A DNA stretch of 64,000 nucleotides. Source: an uncultured Planctomycetia bacterium. GTDB lineage: Bacteria > Omnitrophota > Gorgyraeia > Duberdicusellales > 4484-171. The position numbers and the translations under genes were made by a program. Positions 20,482 to 29,343 of this stretch are shown here, piece after piece. The stretch spans positions 524,878-588,877 of the forward strand of contig CAZVQU010000002.1 of the NCBI GenBank assembly GCA_964629655.1. Direction: 5' to 3'. Under the pieces are notes generated by a model that saw only the letters and a program-made list of their open reading frames with translations, did no database searches and was not told the DNA's origin. Position 1 is the stretch's first letter. Every line of letters starts with the position of its first letter.

Positions 20482-21089
20482 AGCACTCTCTTCAGTTGTT
20501 TCTCGATACGCTCATAGATTTGCGGCAGGCTATCGCAGGCATCAACTATCTTTACCCGGCGGGGATACTTTTTGGCTAGCTGTAAATACCCCTTGCGCAA
20601 GCGGTTATGAAAGCTCAACGCTCTCGACTCAATACGGTCTTTACTCTTTAGCCTGGCTAAGCCTACTTTTGGCGGCACATCAAGGACTAAAGTTAAATTA
20701 GGAACTACACCCAATGAAAACATCTTAACAGAGCTTTCAACAATCTTGCCTAAACCTAAGGCAAGCCCCTGGTAGGCAAGAGTTGAATCAAAGAAACGGT
20801 CACAAATAATAAAGTCATATTTTTTAAAATCCCCTTTTAACTTTTCTTCAATAAGTTGAGTCCGGGCAGCAAGATAAAGAAGTAACTCAGTATGAGCAGA
20901 TAACTTTTTATTCTTCTTATCAAGAAGGATCTTTCTTATCTTCTCACCGACCTGGGTTGAACCCGGCTCCCGGTGGACCTTAAAAGAAGCTTTCCTCTTC
21001 CGCAGGAGCTTGGCAATAAACTTAATAACGCTACTCTTGCCACTACCTTCTAAGCCTTCAATGGTGATAAAAAAACCTCTTCTTTTCAC
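20478..21089 (-). CDS. tmk: Thymidylate kinase
   Basis: EGLEGSGKS, REPG, DRFFDSTLAYQG. Confidence 0.96.
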   Translation of the reverse strand: MKRRGFFITIEGLEGSGKSSVIKFIAKLLRKRKASFKVHREPGSTQVGEKIRKILLDKKNKKLSAHTELLLYLAARTQLIEEKLKGDFKKYDFIICDRFFDSTLAYQGLALGLGKIVESSVKMFSLGVVPNLTLVLDVPPKVGLARLKSKDRIESRALSFHNRLRKGYLQLAKKYPRRVKIVDACDSLPQIYERIEKQLKRVL

Positions 21090-22495
21090 AGCTTACTCCT
21101 CCAGGTAGTCCCATCTTTTGTATCCTCTAAGATTATGCCCCGTTCCTCCAGTTTCTCCCGTATATCGTCAGCATCTTGATAATTTTTCTGCCGCTTATAG
21201 TCAGAACGTATCTTTATCAGTTTCTCGATATCCTGTTTTGAGATTTCGTTAGGCTCTTCTTTAAAAAAGTCCAAACAAAGCACATCAGCTATTTCCTTAA
21301 TAGTCTCTAAGGCATATTTAGATTTGACCTCTTTGAATTCAACTTCACTATCGATTGTTTTATTGCAGGCATTGACTAAATCAAATAAAACCGCTAAGGC
21401 TTTGGGCATATTAAAATCATCATCCATGGCCTCAATGAATTGCTCTTTAAATGGTGCTATGAACCCGGTACCACCTTGGACTTTCTTATCCAGATGTATC
21501 GTTTGATAATTTTTCTCTAACTTATCCTTTAAGATAACTATCCTCTCATAAGCCTTCCCTGCCTCTTCCATTTTTCTATCAGAGAAATCCACTGAGCTAG
21601 AGTAGTGAGCCTGGAGATAAAATATCTTTAAAATATCTGCTGAATATTTTTCTACTGCATCCTGGATAGTAACAAAATTCCCTAAAGACTTAGCCATCTT
21701 CTGGTTATTAATAGTTAAAAGGCCGTGGTGTATCCAATAATTAGCAAAAACCTTATCGGTCAAAGCTTCAGCCTGGGCACACTCATTCTCATGGTGGGGA
21801 AAGATCAAATCTCTTCCTCCGCCATGGATATCTAAGGTATCAGTTTTTAAGTATTTCTGGCTCATAACTGAGCATTCAATATGCCAACCCGGCCTGCCCG
21901 GCCCCCAAGGACTCTCCCAGGAAGGTTCTCCTTCTTTAGCCTTCTTCCAGAGAGCAAAGTCTAAAGAGTCTTCTTTGGCCTCATCCTTTGATATTCTTAC
22001 ACCCTCTTTCATCTTATCAATACTCTGGCCGGAGAGTTTACCGTAATCCTTAAACTTTCTCACGCTAAAGTAGACTCCGCTATCAGTAGTATAAGCACAC
22101 CCTCTATCAATTAACTTTTCAATATACTTAATCATATCCCCTACATTCTCAGTAGCTCGGGGTTCTTTATCGGCCTTACTAATACCTAGAGCTCCTAAAT
22201 CCTGATAGTAGCTATCAATATACTGACTAACTAAATCCTGCCAATTGACTCCTAACTCCTTAGCCCGATTTATAATCTTATCATCAATATCAGTGATATT
22301 TCTTATAAACTGAACCTTATAACCCCGATACTTTAAGTATCTCCTGATGACTTCAAACACATAAAGACTTCTGGCGTGGCCGATATGACAATCATCGTAG
22401 ACAGTCACACCGCAAACATACATCTTCACCATGCCTTCTTCCTGAGGATTGAAAAGGTCTTTAGTCTTGGTTAAGGAGTTATGAATCTTTAGCAT
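21086..22495 (-). CDS. cysS: Cysteine-tRNA ligase
   Basis: CGVTVY...HIGH, GRPGWHIECS, FPHHENE, KMAKS. Confidence 0.98.
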   Translation of the reverse strand: MLKIHNSLTKTKDLFNPQEEGMVKMYVCGVTVYDDCHIGHARSLYVFEVIRRYLKYRGYKVQFIRNITDIDDKIINRAKELGVNWQDLVSQYIDSYYQDLGALGISKADKEPRATENVGDMIKYIEKLIDRGCAYTTDSGVYFSVRKFKDYGKLSGQSIDKMKEGVRISKDEAKEDSLDFALWKKAKEGEPSWESPWGPGRPGWHIECSVMSQKYLKTDTLDIHGGGRDLIFPHHENECAQAEALTDKVFANYWIHHGLLTINNQKMAKSLGNFVTIQDAVEKYSADILKIFYLQAHYSSSVDFSDRKMEEAGKAYERIVILKDKLEKNYQTIHLDKKVQGGTGFIAPFKEQFIEAMDDDFNMPKALAVLFDLVNACNKTIDSEVEFKEVKSKYALETIKEIADVLCLDFFKEEPNEISKQDIEKLIKIRSDYKRQKNYQDADDIREKLEERGIILEDTKDGTTWRSKL

Positions 22496-22496
22496 C

Positions 22497-22982
22497 TTAC
22501 TTCTTTTTACGTTTCTTTAAAGAAACAAAGGCAAAACAACTAATACTATTCTTGCTACCTAAGATATTCAGTCCTTCTTTGGATTTAAATTTTACATTTA
22601 TCTTAGCAGTTGATAGGAGTTTGTTCAAAGACTTAGTAATCTTTCCCTTGTAAGGAAAGAGCCGCGGCTTGTCAGTAACAACAACAATATCCAGATTACC
22701 AATAGTGTATTTACCCTTTACCTTCTTTAAGATAAAGCTTAGGATCTCCTTGCTGTCGATTCCTTTTGACTTCTTGTTCTGCGGTGGGAAGTAATCGCCG
22801 ATATCACCTAAGCCAGCCGCTCCACAGAGAGCATCACTTACTGCATGTAATACTACGTCACCATCGGAGACCGCTATCAAGCTAAAGCTAGAGGCAATCT
22901 TAGCTCCGCCAAGGATTAAATCCTTGTCTTTCTTGCTTAAGTGGTGAACGTCAAAACCTAAACCTACCTTATAGTCTTTCAT
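22497..22982 (-). CDS. ispF: 2-C-methyl-D-erythritol 2,4-cyclodiphosphate synthase
   Basis: GLGFDVH, SDGDVVLHA, GDIGDYFP; adjacent to ispD. Confidence 0.93.
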   Translation of the reverse strand: MKDYKVGLGFDVHHLSKKDKDLILGGAKIASSFSLIAVSDGDVVLHAVSDALCGAAGLGDIGDYFPPQNKKSKGIDSKEILSFILKKVKGKYTIGNLDIVVVTDKPRLFPYKGKITKSLNKLLSTAKINVKFKSKEGLNILGSKNSISCFAFVSLKKRKKK

Positions 22983-23637
22983 TACTGATTATTTTAGCTA
23001 GTTTAAAATCTCTTGGGTAAGTTACCTTGAAATTAAAGATATCCCCATAAACTACCTTTACTGGCTTACCGATAGTCTCTAACATTTGGGCATCGTCAGT
23101 TAGGTCCCTCTTTCTGAACTTCTTATAAGCTTGAAGAATTACATCCTTCTTAAAACCTTGCGGAGTTTGGATAAGATAAACATCTTCTCTGTCTAAAGTC
23201 TTCTTTACAAGGCCCTCCTTTACTAATTTAAGAGTATCCGGACATCTCAAACCGCAAATTACTGCCAGATGTTTTTTTAATTCCTTTAATATCTCAAGAA
23301 TTATTTTCTTAGTTACAAAAGGCCTGGCGGCATCATGGATAAGAACATACTCTGTATCCTTACTTAGGGCTAATAAGCCTTTAAATACCGAATCGGCTCT
23401 CCTTGCCCCGCCTTCGGCTAAGGTGATGGATTTATCCCTGATCTGCTTTTTGGCTAAAGGAAAATTCTCTTTCCTTAAGACCAATACAATCTCTCCTACC
23501 CCCCTTATACTCTTAAAGATTGAAAGGGCTTTACAAAAGAGAGGCTTGCCGGATAATCTTAAAGTAGCTTTATCCCCCTTAGCTAGTCTCTTGCCCTTAC
23601 CAGCTGAGACTATAACTACACCTACTTTTGATGCCAT
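22969..23637 (-). CDS. ispD: MEP cytidylyltransferase
   Basis: SAGKGKR, GGARRADSV, IHDAARP, QTPQ, TDD, KVTYP. Confidence 0.96.
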   Translation of the reverse strand: MASKVGVVIVSAGKGKRLAKGDKATLRLSGKPLFCKALSIFKSIRGVGEIVLVLRKENFPLAKKQIRDKSITLAEGGARRADSVFKGLLALSKDTEYVLIHDAARPFVTKKIILEILKELKKHLAVICGLRCPDTLKLVKEGLVKKTLDREDVYLIQTPQGFKKDVILQAYKKFRKRDLTDDAQMLETIGKPVKVVYGDIFNFKVTYPRDFKLAKIISNERL

Positions 23638-23658
23638 AAGAATTATTCTAAACCTTTT

Positions 23659-24648
23659 TTATCCAGCTAGCTTTGTAAACACGATTCTACCGCTGGAACT
23701 CTGCAGCACTGAGGTAACCTCAATATTAACAGTTTTACCTACCAAGCGCCGGGAGTTCTCCACCACTACCATGGTTCCGTCTTCTAAGTAACCTACGGCT
23801 TGATTATGCTCTTTACCCTCTTTAATAAGCTTTAAAGAAAATCTCTGTCCGGCGACAAAGGTCGGCTTTAAGGCATTAGCAAGATCATTAATGTTCAAGA
23901 CCTTTACTCCCTGAAGTTGGGCAATGCGGTTTAAATTATAGTCGGTAGTTAAAACCTCAGCATCTGTAGTTTGAGCTAACTTTATAATCTTCTCGTCAAC
24001 ACTCTTTACACTGTCAACATTCTGATCAGATATTTCTACATCAATGTTTGGCTCTTTCTTTAAAGAGTGAAGAATTTCAATCCCCCTCTTGCCTTTTTGA
24101 CGCTTCATATGGTCGGTAGAATCTGCTAAAGCATGAAGCTCGTTGAGGACAAACCGAGGAACAACAAATCTTGCTTCGATAAAGCCAGTCTTGACAATAT
24201 CAAGTATTCTTCCATCAATAATGCTACTAGTGTCAACAACCATAGATTCTTCTCTCTGGCTTTGGCGTTTAAACTTAACATAGGGAATTACTAAGCTAAA
24301 CTCATCTTTGCCTTTAACACCTAAAGTAAGCCCAAGATATACAAATATAAAGGTAACAATTAGCTTAATATTCTGCATTATCTCAGTCGGAAAATCTCCC
24401 CGAAAGCGGAATTGATCCAGGGTCGCACCGAAAATCCAGGCAATTATAAGACCAAGGATTATTCCAAAGACTGAGCTGGAGAGTCCTTTTAAGGATGCCC
24501 GGCGGGTGAAAGTCTCGAAAGTAACCAGAATTACACCACCGATAAAACCTAAACCAGCATAGATAAGGGGATTCACTCCGCCTAATGAATAACCTATCCC
24601 GGTAAAGATAAGGACAAAAAATATTCTTAAAAAAATTAAACCCATCAT
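23659..24648 (-). CDS. Membrane PIN/TRAM domain protein (YacL family)
   Basis: N-terminal TMs; DTSSIIDGRI; TTDYNLN; VGYLEDGTMVVVE. Confidence 0.93.
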   Translation of the reverse strand: MMGLIFLRIFFVLIFTGIGYSLGGVNPLIYAGLGFIGGVILVTFETFTRRASLKGLSSSVFGIILGLIIAWIFGATLDQFRFRGDFPTEIMQNIKLIVTFIFVYLGLTLGVKGKDEFSLVIPYVKFKRQSQREESMVVDTSSIIDGRILDIVKTGFIEARFVVPRFVLNELHALADSTDHMKRQKGKRGIEILHSLKKEPNIDVEISDQNVDSVKSVDEKIIKLAQTTDAEVLTTDYNLNRIAQLQGVKVLNINDLANALKPTFVAGQRFSLKLIKEGKEHNQAVGYLEDGTMVVVENSRRLVGKTVNIEVTSVLQSSSGRIVFTKLAG

Positions 24649-24703
24649 AAAAACCTCCTTAATGAAACTTAGATTTTCTCAAAGAAAGCCTGTAGTTAAC
24701 CGA

Positions 24704-24798
24704 TTCGACTCTGCTCAAGGTCAATGCTGAGTATTCTCGAAGCATTGAATTGATCCTGAGCACAGTCCTGACAACGATCAGGACACAGCCAAAGGATC
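24704..24798. repeat. Compound palindromic element overlapping the radA stop
   Basis: TCAATGCT/AGCATTGA (24721-28/24741-48), GTCCTGA/TCAGGAC (24765-71/24778-84), GATCCT/AGGATC (24752-57/24793-98). Confidence 0.7.
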
Positions 24799-26154
24799 TT
24801 GTTTAAATTTGCCAGAGCTACTAAACACATCCTTAACAACATCACGCAAACTTGAAAACCCGTGGACCTTGAGGTTAAACTTCTTATCCACCTCCTTTAG
24901 ATTCACCTCAGGAATTATGCAGTGTTTAAAATTAGCTCTCTCGACTTCCTTTAACCTTAAATTTATATTGTTAACTCTTCTTAGCTCTCCGGCTAAGCCG
25001 ACTTCTCCGATAAAAACACTACTTGAAGGTATATTTCTCTCTTTAAAACTGGAAATAATAGCCATAACTGCTCCTAAATCTGCTGCCGGATCACTTATCT
25101 TTAGGCCTCCGGCAACGTTTAAGAAAATATCTTCGCTAGATAAGGAAAGTTTTGCTCTCTTTTCAATTATAGCTACCATAAGAGAAAAACGATTGAAATC
25201 AAAACCTAGGCTTCTTCTGCGGGCTACCCCGAAGTTAGCTCTGCTAACTAAAGACTGAAGCTCAATAAGTAATGGCCGCAGACCTTCGATAACACAAATC
25301 ACACAACTGCCTGAGAAAGACTGTTCACGGTGAGGAAGAAATATATCATTCATCTTCTTAACTTCCCTTAAGCCGGTAGATTTCATCTCAAATACAGCAA
25401 TATCACCGGTAGAACCAAACCTGTTCTTTATTGACCGCAAAATCCGGTAGTTAGAGAGATTTTCTCCTTCAAAATACAGAACGCAATCTACAATATGCTC
25501 TAATAATTTTGGCCCGGCGATCGAGCCTTCCTTAGTGACATGGCCGACTAAAAAGATAACTACCCCTAAGGACTTAGCAATCTGAGTAAGATAATCAGCG
25601 CAACCTCTAACCTGGGAAACGCTGCCCTTGCTTCCTTCACAAGATAAGGTGTGGACTACCTGGATAGAATCTATTACTACAAATTTAAACTTCTCTTTTT
25701 TAATATACTCAAAGATATCTTCAACTCTATCTTCACCAACTATATAAATATTATCTAATTGGCTTTTGCCTAACCTTTTGGCCCTAAGGCCTATCTGCTG
25801 CGGAGACTCTTCGGCACTAACGTAAAGGGTTTTTTCCTTTAAAGAAAGAGAAGAACTAACCTCTAAGAGAAGTGTCGACTTGCCCACCCCGGGAGCTCCA
25901 CCAACAAGAATTATCTCTCCCTCAACTAAGCCGCCGCCTAAGATTCGATCAAACTCATCTAAACCGGTAGGAATTCTCCCCAAATCCTCTCCGTCAATAT
26001 CTCTAAGAAGCTTGGGCGGACTCTTTTCTCTTAATCGTTTCTTGGTGCCTTTTCGTTCTTCTGCCTCTTTGGCAAAAGTCTCCCAGCCTCCACAAAGAGG
26101 ACACTTGCCTAACCACTTAACTGACTTATAACCACATTCGGAACAACTAAACAT
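24778..26154 (-). CDS. radA: DNA repair protein RadA/Sms
   Basis: CxxC...CxxC zinc finger, GAPGVGKST, KNRFG, GEVGLAGE. Confidence 0.97.
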   Translation of the reverse strand: MFSCSECGYKSVKWLGKCPLCGGWETFAKEAEERKGTKKRLREKSPPKLLRDIDGEDLGRIPTGLDEFDRILGGGLVEGEIILVGGAPGVGKSTLLLEVSSSLSLKEKTLYVSAEESPQQIGLRAKRLGKSQLDNIYIVGEDRVEDIFEYIKKEKFKFVVIDSIQVVHTLSCEGSKGSVSQVRGCADYLTQIAKSLGVVIFLVGHVTKEGSIAGPKLLEHIVDCVLYFEGENLSNYRILRSIKNRFGSTGDIAVFEMKSTGLREVKKMNDIFLPHREQSFSGSCVICVIEGLRPLLIELQSLVSRANFGVARRRSLGFDFNRFSLMVAIIEKRAKLSLSSEDIFLNVAGGLKISDPAADLGAVMAIISSFKERNIPSSSVFIGEVGLAGELRRVNNINLRLKEVERANFKHCIIPEVNLKEVDKKFNLKVHGFSSLRDVVKDVFSSSGKFKQDPLAVS

Positions 26155-26215
26155 ACTTTTAACTATGGTAGGGGAGTATATAGATTTAAGAAGACTTCAA
26201 TATCCCTACTCTTTC

Positions 26216-26932
26216 CTATTTTTTCTTCTTTCTAGATTGCTTTGGCTTATGTAATAGCTTCCAAGGGTGACTCTTCAAATCTGCAAGAAACTCCTCAGTG
26301 GTCTGGTATAAAGAGTCATCGTAAAGCAGCCGGCCTATTGTTCCCTGCTTATTCCTCATATCCTTGACTACCCCTTTTATATCTAAACTTATATCTTCTA
26401 TATTAAGTAGTATATTCTCAAAAGAAGTCTTAATCTTACCTTCTTTTACAAACTGCTCTACCTCCTTCATTGTTTTATTAAAGGTGGCAAAAAGGCCAAA
26501 CAGAGGTACTGGTGAGATTCCCTCAAGAACATCTCCCCCATTTATATAGGCTGTTGCCTCCTCGGGTGGATTAATTTCTAAGTATTTCTCACCAAACAAA
26601 CTCAAGCTATTAATAAAAAACTGTGAATTTTTGGGAATCTTTACTCCCTTCTCTACCTTAGCATGAACATAGACCTTAGGCTTATTCCCTTCTTCCTTAA
26701 TTTTAACTTTTTTGACCTCACCGACATCTACACCGCAAAAACGAATTGGCGAAGACGGACGCAAGCCTTCGGAAAAATCAAATTTAACAATTACAACATA
26801 ACTGCCTTTAAAGATATTCACTTCTTTCATCGAAATAAGGGTAAGAAAGAATAGCCCGAAGGCAACCAGGAAAAAACTACCTAATTTTATATAAGAAAAA
26901 CTTTTCTTTTTGTCCCATAGATTTATTGCCAT
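26216..26932 (-). CDS. mlaD: MCE/MlaD-family protein
   Basis: Single N-terminal TM, GLRPSSPIRFCGVDVGEV, LFGEKYLEI. Confidence 0.88.
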   Translation of the reverse strand: MAINLWDKKKSFSYIKLGSFFLVAFGLFFLTLISMKEVNIFKGSYVVIVKFDFSEGLRPSSPIRFCGVDVGEVKKVKIKEEGNKPKVYVHAKVEKGVKIPKNSQFFINSLSLFGEKYLEINPPEEATAYINGGDVLEGISPVPLFGLFATFNKTMKEVEQFVKEGKIKTSFENILLNIEDISLDIKGVVKDMRNKQGTIGRLLYDDSLYQTTEEFLADLKSHPWKLLHKPKQSRKKKK

Positions 26933-26945
26933 TCATACCCCCTCT

Positions 26946-27698
26946 TTAAACTTCCATCTCCCTTATCGGGCCGCCGGAAGTCCCTTTTAAAAACTGAATT
27001 AACCTCTCATCTTTGGACTTCTTTAAATCATTCTTATCTCCCTCAAAGATGATTCTTCCTCCTAATAAAAACGCTAAACGATCAGCGAGCCTTAAGCCAA
27101 CTTCTAAGTCATGAGTTACTACTACCGAAGTAATAGCCAGGCGCCGGTGAAGGTCTTCAATCAAATTCACTATTTTATCCACAGCAATAGGGTCAATTCC
27201 GGTAGTCGGCTCATCGTAAATTATAATTTTGGGATTGTAGATGACTGCCCTGGCTATGGCTACCCTTTTCCTCATGCCTCCACTCAACTCATAAGGATAC
27301 ATATCCTCTATGCCTTCTAAGCCAACCAAGGCTAGAGTCTCAGTTACTTTTCTCCTTATTTCAGATTTTTTTAGCTTTGTATGCTGGTAAAAGAAAAAGC
27401 CGACATTCTCCTCTATGGTTAAAAAATCAAAAAGGGCACTGCCTTGAAAAACTAGACCAAATTGCAATCTGATTTTTTCCAGCTTCTTCTTAGCTAACTG
27501 GGTAATATCTACACCATCAATACCAATAGTCCCTGAATCCGGCCTTATCAATCCCAGGATGTTTTTAAGCAGGACTGTCTTGCCGGCGCCGCTGCGTCCA
27601 ATCAACAGGTAGTTCTCGCCCTTATTTACCGTAAGGGTAACTCCTTTAAGAATCTGCTTTTGGCCAAAAGTTCTATAAATGTTCCGTATTTTTATCAT
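26946..27698 (-). CDS. mlaF: MlaF-type ABC ATPase (start probably MIKIRN at 27698)
   Basis: GRSGAGKT, LSGGMRKRVAIARA, YDEPTTG; ATGA overlap with mlaE stop. Confidence 0.9.
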   Translation of the reverse strand: MIKIRNIYRTFGQKQILKGVTLTVNKGENYLLIGRSGAGKTVLLKNILGLIRPDSGTIGIDGVDITQLAKKKLEKIRLQFGLVFQGSALFDFLTIEENVGFFFYQHTKLKKSEIRRKVTETLALVGLEGIEDMYPYELSGGMRKRVAIARAVIYNPKIIIYDEPTTGIDPIAVDKIVNLIEDLHRRLAITSVVVTHDLEVGLRLADRLAFLLGGRIIFEGDKNDLKKSKDERLIQFLKGTSGGPIREMEV

Positions 27699-28459
27699 AC
27701 CCAAGTAAAGTAGAAAAGTGCCGTTAAAATACAATCAGTAATAATAATAAGCATAAAAGACCTTACTACTGAATGAGTCACTGCACGTGAAACATCAGTA
27801 GATGAAAAAGGCCTAAATCCCTCATAGCAAGAGATAAAAGCAATCACGCTGCCAAAACAAACACTCTTGGCAAGACCGCTTAAGATGTCTTTAAATTTTA
27901 AGGCATCAAGAGTCATTCTAAAATAAAGACCAGCCGGAATAGCAAATTTCGTTGACCCGATTACGTAGCCACCGACAATACCTAAAAAATCAGCATAGAT
28001 AATTAGGATTGGCATACAAACAAGCAAGGCGATGAATTTTGGAACTACCAAATAATCTATAGGCTCTACCCCTAATGCTTCTAAAGCATCCACCTGCTCG
28101 CTGATCTTCATTGATCCAATACCGGCGGTAATAGAAGCACCGCTTCTAGCAGCTACAATCAAAGCACCGATTACCGGACCTAATTCTCTTACCAAAGAAA
28201 GAGCTACCAAAGATGCTAGTTGGATCTCGGAACTAAGTTGTTGTAATTGATAGGCGGTTTGAAAAGCAATTATCATTCCGATGAAGAAAGCAATCAAGGA
28301 GACTAAGGGAAAACTATCAATGCCAATGAAAATTACCTCTCGAACTAAAGACCTGAGATCTCTTTTCTTGGTAAATAGCCACCAGAAGATATTCTTTATA
28401 AAAAAGCTAATGCTTCCTATATAGTGGAATAACTGTCCTAACCCGTTAATTAATCCCAT
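27695..28459 (-). CDS. mlaE: MlaE-type permease
   Basis: RELGPV, RSGASITA, MKISEQVDAL, YLVVPK. Confidence 0.92.
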   Translation of the reverse strand: MGLINGLGQLFHYIGSISFFIKNIFWWLFTKKRDLRSLVREVIFIGIDSFPLVSLIAFFIGMIIAFQTAYQLQQLSSEIQLASLVALSLVRELGPVIGALIVAARSGASITAGIGSMKISEQVDALEALGVEPIDYLVVPKFIALLVCMPILIIYADFLGIVGGYVIGSTKFAIPAGLYFRMTLDALKFKDILSGLAKSVCFGSVIAFISCYEGFRPFSSTDVSRAVTHSVVRSFMLIIITDCILTALFYFTWV

Positions 28460-29343
28460 CAGAAATCCTTTCTCTTTTCAAATCTTAAAGTAGTTCCTTT
28501 TTCTTCCATCTTCAATCTCAAAAACTTATCATCTTTCCAATTATAACGCAGCTCGGTCTGAGGCCCTAACCCTTTTTCTCCTCCGTCAGTATCTACAAAG
28601 ACACCTAACTTCTCATCAATCTGCTTCTTAAGCCCTACACTTTCATTATCCCCGGAGAATAGCTGCCATTGATCAATAAAAACCTTCTGAGGATTATATT
28701 CTGCTCCCGGTAGTATATTAGAGAAATCCCGCAGATCTAATACCCCTTTGATTTCTACAACATTGCCATTTTTAAGGACGAGTTGGGAGTCGGTAATATT
28801 CAATACCGGCAACCTTCCTAAAAAGTCTATCCGTAAATAGGTAAATTCTTTACCCTTGTACTTGCCGCCACCTACCACCAAATAACCGCTGGTAAGAAAA
28901 CTGCTGATGCCACCCCAAGCCCTGACCTTTATATTTACCTCACCCTCTAGGAATGAGGAATTTTCCTTCCATCTGCCCTCAAGATCAAAATTAAGCTCAT
29001 TCCTGACTAAGTCAACCTGGCCGCTAGCGATGAATTGAGGTGAATAAATGTAAGGAATAACGGCAATGGCTTCGCTCAAAGCTAATCTCGCTCTTACCCA
29101 GGGTATACCTTTATCATTAAAGGTAAGATTGCTGCCGCCCACTTCCAATATCAAAGAACTATTATCTCTATCTAATCCAAAGATAAATTCGCCACTAACT
29201 TCACAACTCCCAAGATTAAAATCGACAAGCTTTACTTGATTTTTGATCAAGTCGATCTCGACTAAATCCTGACTAGCCGCAAAGGAATTGCCGCAAACCA
29301 AACAAAGAACTAACAGGGAGATGGCAAGAGACCCTTTCCTCAT
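28459..29343 (-). CDS. Exported beta-rich hypothetical protein
   Basis: Signal peptide (…NSFA-ASQ); alternating beta-strand pattern; C-terminal Phe; overlaps clpC and mlaE. Confidence 0.7.
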   Translation of the reverse strand: MRKGSLAISLLVLCLVCGNSFAASQDLVEIDLIKNQVKLVDFNLGSCEVSGEFIFGLDRDNSSLILEVGGSNLTFNDKGIPWVRARLALSEAIAVIPYIYSPQFIASGQVDLVRNELNFDLEGRWKENSSFLEGEVNIKVRAWGGISSFLTSGYLVVGGGKYKGKEFTYLRIDFLGRLPVLNITDSQLVLKNGNVVEIKGVLDLRDFSNILPGAEYNPQKVFIDQWQLFSGDNESVGLKKQIDEKLGVFVDTDGGEKGLGPQTELRYNWKDDKFLRLKMEEKGTTLRFEKRKDF

